64,000 nt of DNA. It comes from Bacteroidota bacterium (GTDB taxonomy: Bacteria > Bacteroidota > Bacteroidia > Palsa-965). The first letter of the stretch is position 1, and each line of letters opens with the position of its first letter. The stretch spans positions 19,590-83,589 of the forward strand of contig JAAFIA010000007.1 of the NCBI GenBank assembly GCA_013298545.1, read 5' to 3'. A program made the translations under genes and the position numbers. The notes under the pieces are model-generated. The model was not told the origin of the DNA. It ran no database searches and was given only the letters and a program-made list of their open reading frames with translations. Below, piece by piece: positions 60,034 through 64,000 of this stretch.

Positions 60034-60068
60034 AAAAAATCCTCGCTACTGAAGCAAGGATTTTTTTG
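60034..60068 (-). terminator. Terminator for the minus-strand glycine-rich CTD gene
   Basis: aaaaaatcct...aggattttttt, flanked by A and T runs. It could function on both strands. Confidence 0.5.
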
Positions 60069-60082
60069 TTTGTTTTGGAATG

Positions 60083-62047
60083 TTATTTACGAATGGTAAT
60101 CTTTTCGCTTAATTGTTCTGTATCGCTTGTTATGCGAAGTGTATAAATTCCTGCGGGAAGATTTGTTGCTTGAATTTCTTTCGTATAACCGGCAGGTGTT
60201 TGTTCCGCATAGCTAGTATAAACCAAACGTCCGGCAATATCGTAAAGTTCAATTTGCAACGTATTTGTTTTCGACGCTACCGAAATGGTAAAGTTGCCAT
60301 TGTTCGGATTCGGGAAAAACGAGAATCCATTTTGTGAGGCATTGCTTTGTACACCCAAACAAATATCTACTTGAATGTTGACCATAGCGGTGTCTGAGCA
60401 ACCGTTACTATCCGTGAATGAATAAGTCAGTGCATGCATCCCATTTCCGGCTGCTGCTGCATCAAACGAAGTGCCAGTAACTCCTGGACCAGACCATGTA
60501 CCTCCAACAGGACTTCCCGTGAGCGGGGTAAGACCATCACTCAAACAAACCAGATTAGAAGCGGCTGCGGCACTTGCGACAGGAAGCGAATGAATGGTAA
60601 CAGCGATGCTGTCATTTGCTTGACAACCATTTGAATCGGTAACGACCACCGAATACATGCCTGAAGTCGAAACCGTCAACGTTTGGTTTGTTGTTGCATC
60701 ACTCCAGTTAAATAATGAACCAGCATTACCAGCATCGAGCAAAATCGTGCCGCCACACTGCGTTGTATCCGATCCGAGTGTAACTGTCGGCACAGGCAAT
60801 ACATCAATGGTAATTGTTCCAGTATTGGAACACCCGTTTACATCTGTTCCTGTTACGGTATATGTAGTTTGTGTTGACGGACTGACACTCACGGTGCTTC
60901 CAGAGAGATTACCGGGCATCCAAGAATATGTAGATGCTCCGTTTGCATTGATCGAAGTAGAACTACCGATGCAAACTTGATTGAATCCTGAGAGTGAAAC
61001 TATTGGTAAAGCCGTAAGCGTAACTGCCAAATTTGTGGGTGCACTTGTTCCGCAAGGATGATTGGCCACAACACTGACATTGCCACTTGTAGATCCATGT
61101 GTAACGTTGATGGATGTCGTGGTTTGTCCCGAATTGATTGTTCCTCCAGCCGGAAGTGTCCACGTGTAAGAAGTAGCACCCGCAACAGGATTGATCGAAT
61201 AGTTTGTGGTAGTACCAGCACATAAAGTTGTAATTCCAGAAATACTGGAAGGTGCAACTGCGGTTAATGTGTAGGTGATGCTGATGCTTCCCGCACCAGT
61301 ATTGAATCCCTGTGTATGCGTAACGCCAGTAACCGACGGTGCCGAATAACTGCTTCCGCCACCGCCACCAGCAAAGCAAGAGCCACCGCCGCCATAATAG
61401 CCACCGCCGCCGCCACCGCCGCCCGCGCCATCGCCCGAACCATTCCCGCCCTGCCCGAGCGTACCCGCAGTTGTATATGTAGGACAAGAACAACAGGCCA
61501 CACCTGCCGCACCACCTGCAAGTTGCGATCCGCCTTTACCACCCGAATTTGGCCACGAAGGATAAAAAACACCGTCCTGACCCGTTAGTCCGCCGCCATG
61601 CCCACCAATATTGATGTAACCGCCACCACCGCCGCCACCCGCAACAACGAGCCGATCGGCATTGGCGTAGGGAGCACGACGAATATCTGTTGCACCCCCT
61701 CCCGTTCCCGACGTTCCACCAGAAACATAAGAGAAAACACCACCACCACCATTGTAAACCGGAGGATTGCTAACCGATGTATTGACACCCAAAGCCCCAA
61801 CACGAATCTCAAGAATTTCGCCAGGTGTTACCGGAATTGTTGCTTGAACGCGGCCACCATTTCCACCCAAATAAATTCCGTTATTGCCTCCTTTGCCACC
61901 CAGTACATCAACCTGAATACTGGTTACACAAGCAGGAACGGTAAAGGTTTGAACACCTCCAGTATAATTGAATGTGTTTGATTGAGCTTGTAGCAGGGTG
62001 TTCGATACAAGAAACAAAAGACCTAGCAAGCGTAGTTGTCTTTTCAT
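60083..62047 (-). CDS. Glycine-rich secreted protein with Ig-like/SprB-type repeats and a T9SS type-A CTD
   Basis: Signal peptide. It has long poly-Gly tracts (GGGGGGGGYYGGGGS) and a C-terminal CTD ending ...LRITSDTEQLSEKITIRK. Confidence 0.6.
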   Translation of the reverse strand: MKRQLRLLGLLFLVSNTLLQAQSNTFNYTGGVQTFTVPACVTSIQVDVLGGKGGNNGIYLGGNGGRVQATIPVTPGEILEIRVGALGVNTSVSNPPVYNGGGGVFSYVSGGTSGTGGGATDIRRAPYANADRLVVAGGGGGGGYINIGGHGGGLTGQDGVFYPSWPNSGGKGGSQLAGGAAGVACCSCPTYTTAGTLGQGGNGSGDGAGGGGGGGGYYGGGGSCFAGGGGGSSYSAPSVTGVTHTQGFNTGAGSISITYTLTAVAPSSISGITTLCAGTTTNYSINPVAGATSYTWTLPAGGTINSGQTTTSINVTHGSTSGNVSVVANHPCGTSAPTNLAVTLTALPIVSLSGFNQVCIGSSTSINANGASTYSWMPGNLSGSTVSVSPSTQTTYTVTGTDVNGCSNTGTITIDVLPVPTVTLGSDTTQCGGTILLDAGNAGSLFNWSDATTNQTLTVSTSGMYSVVVTDSNGCQANDSIAVTIHSLPVASAAAASNLVCLSDGLTPLTGSPVGGTWSGPGVTGTSFDAAAAGNGMHALTYSFTDSNGCSDTAMVNIQVDICLGVQSNASQNGFSFFPNPNNGNFTISVASKTNTLQIELYDIAGRLVYTSYAEQTPAGYTKEIQATNLPAGIYTLRITSDTEQLSEKITIRK

Positions 62048-62352
62048 CTGGGTTTGGGTATTTTATGGGTTTAATTTTAGTAAATGTAATGAATCGAACG
62101 AAACTGTTTGTGGGCTATTTCTATGTACTTATTTGGAACTATAATCTCTTTAGTTGCTTGCTTTTCAACTTCAAAATCTGCCAAGTTTTCGCAAAGAGCG
62201 TAGAGGATTTCATATTGTTTTTTGAATTGTGGGCTTTGCGAACATTACGCCTTGTTTGGGTTATATGAATTTATATGTCGCGAAAAATTTACCTATTTCT
62301 TTGTGTCAAAACAACAAACACCGCCGAGTAGCACCTGTTGATTTTCTACTAA

Positions 62353-62516
62353 GTAACTGTTTAAAATTTGTTTTTGAGAATTGTTATGATGACTTTTTGT
62401 GCCAGACGAGGCGTGTTTTGAAGGCCATAGCAGGGCGGCTACGGTCGAAAAACGCAACGAAGTATGGTGCAAAAAGGCGCATAACAAAATCAAAGGATAA
62501 AATTTAAACAGTTACT
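62353..62516 (-). repeat. Copy 3 of the MITE-like repeat of about 165 bp, inverted, and near-identical to copy 1
   Basis: Its reverse complement matches 8217–8380 almost base-for-base. Confidence 0.7.
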
Positions 62517-62580
62517 AAAAACTTCGATTCAAAAAGCCGCCAAAAAATGCGATCTTTGCTGCCTCAATCGAAATCCTGTT

Positions 62581-63588
62581 ATGAGCAAAGTCAAGACCCT
62601 CGGACAATTCATCATCGAGAAACAAAACGATTTCCCTTTTGCAAAAGGTGAACTTTCTCGCTTACTGCGCGATATTGGAATTGCCGCAAAAATTGTACAC
62701 CGCGAAGTCAATAAAGCCGGACTTGCCGACATTCTTGGCGAAGCTGGCGAAACCAATATCCAAGGCGAATCTGTTAAGAAACTCGACGTTTTCGCAAACG
62801 AACAATTCATTGCGGCACTCTCTGTCGGTGGCGAGTGTTGTGCCATTGCATCCGAAGAAAACGAAGACATCATTCTTGTTGATAACGAGCAGTCGAAAAA
62901 TGCAAAATATGTTGTGGCCATGGATCCGCTCGATGGCTCTTCCAATATTGACGTCAATGTTTCTGTTGGAACTATTTTTTCGATTTATCGCCGCATTTCA
63001 CTGAGCGGCCCGGGAACGTTAGAAGATTTTATGCAACGTGGCACAGAACAAGTTGCGGCTGGATATATTATTTACGGTTCATCAACCATGCTTGTTTACA
63101 CAACAGGCAAAGGTGTCAACGGCTTTACCCTCGATCCTTCTATTGGAGAATTTTGCCTTTCGCATCCCAACATGCAAACACCTAAATCGGGCAAAACCTA
63201 TTCGATGAATGAAGGCAATTATGTCCACTTCCCTGATGGTGTTAAAAAATACATCAAGTATTGTCAAGAAGAAGACAAGCCAACCAAGCGTCCATATTCA
63301 TCGCGTTACATTGGTTCTGCCGTTGCCGATATTCATCGTAATTTAATTACTGGAGGTATTTATATTTATCCTGTTACCGCATCGTCGCCAAGTGGAAAAT
63401 TGCGTTTGTTGTACGAATGCAATCCACTCGCATTTATCATCGAGCAAGCCGGAGGAAAAGCTACGGACGGTTACCGCCGCATCATGGAATTGGAAACAAA
63501 AACGCTCCATCAACGCACACCGTTTTACGCAGGCTCTGCAGACATGGTTGATACCGCATGCGAATTTATGTCGCGCTTCTCGAAATAA
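62581..63588 (+). CDS. fbp: Fructose-1,6-bisphosphatase class 1
   Basis: 335 aa with FBPase motifs ...[13 protein letters not shown]... and [21 protein letters not shown]. Confidence 0.9.
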   Translation: MSKVKTLGQFIIEKQNDFPFAKGELSRLLRDIGIAAKIVHREVNKAGLADILGEAGETNIQGESVKKLDVFANEQFIAALSVGGECCAIASEENEDIILVDNEQSKNAKYVVAMDPLDGSSNIDVNVSVGTIFSIYRRISLSGPGTLEDFMQRGTEQVAAGYIIYGSSTMLVYTTGKGVNGFTLDPSIGEFCLSHPNMQTPKSGKTYSMNEGNYVHFPDGVKKYIKYCQEEDKPTKRPYSSRYIGSAVADIHRNLITGGIYIYPVTASSPSGKLRLLYECNPLAFIIEQAGGKATDGYRRIMELETKTLHQRTPFYAGSADMVDTACEFMSRFSK

Positions 63589-63607
63589 ATTAGTGTATGT
63601 TTTTTCG

Positions 63608-63643
63608 ATCGCCGCTTCCGAAAGGTTGCGGCGATTTTTTTTG
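63608..63643 (+). terminator. Rho-independent terminator after fbp
   Basis: atcgccgc ttccgaaaggtt gcggcgat tttttttt. Confidence 0.75.
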
Positions 63644-63757
63644 CCCTTGTAAACAAACGCTGCATTTTTTTCAAGTTGTGCTGTAACAAAACGAGTGCCT
63701 CCAAAGTCTTATGCTTGTAAACCACTCAGCAACTACACATTTAAAAAAAATAAAACC

Positions 63758-64000
63758 ATGAAAAAATTTATTCTCCTCGTTTTGCTCGCTGCATTCAGTA
63801 TGATCGCAAACGCAAATCCAACACCAGTTTCAACGTCAAGCAACGAAATACTGGTTCAAGCTATTCGCAAGGCTGTTAAATTGCCCGAAGAATTGAAAAA
63901 CAGCATTACACACGAACGCGTTTTGGTGGTTTTTACCGTAACCACACAAGGTGAAATCAAAGTCGTTTCTGTTGGCAGCCCCAATGCCGTTCTTCGTAAG
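63758..64000 (+). CDS. Hypothetical secreted protein, partial: it runs off the window end
   Basis: Starts MKKFILLVLLAAFSMIANA, a signal peptide. The frame stays open to the window end. Confidence 0.35.
   Translation, partial: MKKFILLVLLAAFSMIANANPTPVSTSSNEILVQAIRKAVKLPEELKNSITHERVLVVFTVTTQGEIKVVSVGSPNAVLRK

Noticed and set aside
60963-61588. Antisense ORFs of 102–176 aa within the glycine-rich gene
   Set aside because: They are artefacts of the reverse complement of GGN-rich codons, which gives Arg/Trp/Cys-rich low-complexity products.
1-64000. tRNA or rRNA genes
   Set aside because: No canonical T-loop (GGTTCGAATCC-like) or acceptor-stem context was seen in any intergenic region. No call was made.

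Overview
This 64 kb window is a chromosomal segment from a Bacteroidota-type genome. The evidence is many proteins with type IX secretion (T9SS) C-terminal sorting domains, a PorV/PorU-like gene pair, and Bacteroidota-style gene organisation.

Gene content:
- Housekeeping and catabolic genes: a phenylacetate catabolic cluster (paaABCD on the minus strand, divergent paaE, then paaG-like and paaH-like), lnt, mgtE, a LOG-family gene, rsmA/ksgA, mutS, proC, folK, sppA, ubiE/menG, dgt (dGTPase), fbp, a deoxynucleoside kinase and a deoxyhypusine-synthase-like gene.
- Cell-surface and secretion genes: a five-gene minus-strand block encoding an MBOAT O-acyltransferase, an SGNH/DltD-like partner, a PorV-like β-barrel, a 1677-aa PorU-like C25 peptidase and a small secreted protein; a type-B CTD protein; a three-gene plus-strand block (LTD-domain CTD protein, TonB-dependent receptor, endonuclease-I CTD protein) that looks like an extracellular-DNA utilisation locus; and a glycine-rich CTD protein.
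- Accessory and mobile features: an AT-rich single-gene Abi_2 (AbiD/AbiF-like) abortive-infection insertion between ksgA and the DUF4286–mutS pair; an IS1182/IS5-superfamily insertion sequence of about 1.77 kb with roughly 40-bp imperfect terminal inverted repeats and two internal perfect hairpins; and a dispersed repeat of about 165 bp with 13–14 bp terminal inverted repeats (MITE-like), present in three copies, one of them inverted.
- Repeats and hairpins: two loci of heptanucleotide GAGACNN tandem repeats, each followed by an inverted-complement tail; a triple GCGTT-GCA-AACGC hairpin array; a 36-bp tandem-repeat field of AATTCGCCAATT boxes upstream of lnt; and a paralogous pair of small CxxCH / Cx4CH cytochrome-c-like lipoproteins beside an outer-membrane β-barrel.

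No tRNA, rRNA or CRISPR array was recognised. The most notable candidates are the MBOAT/DltD-like pair apparently co-transcribed with porV–porU, the MITE-like repeat family, and the LTD/TonB-receptor/endonuclease trio.
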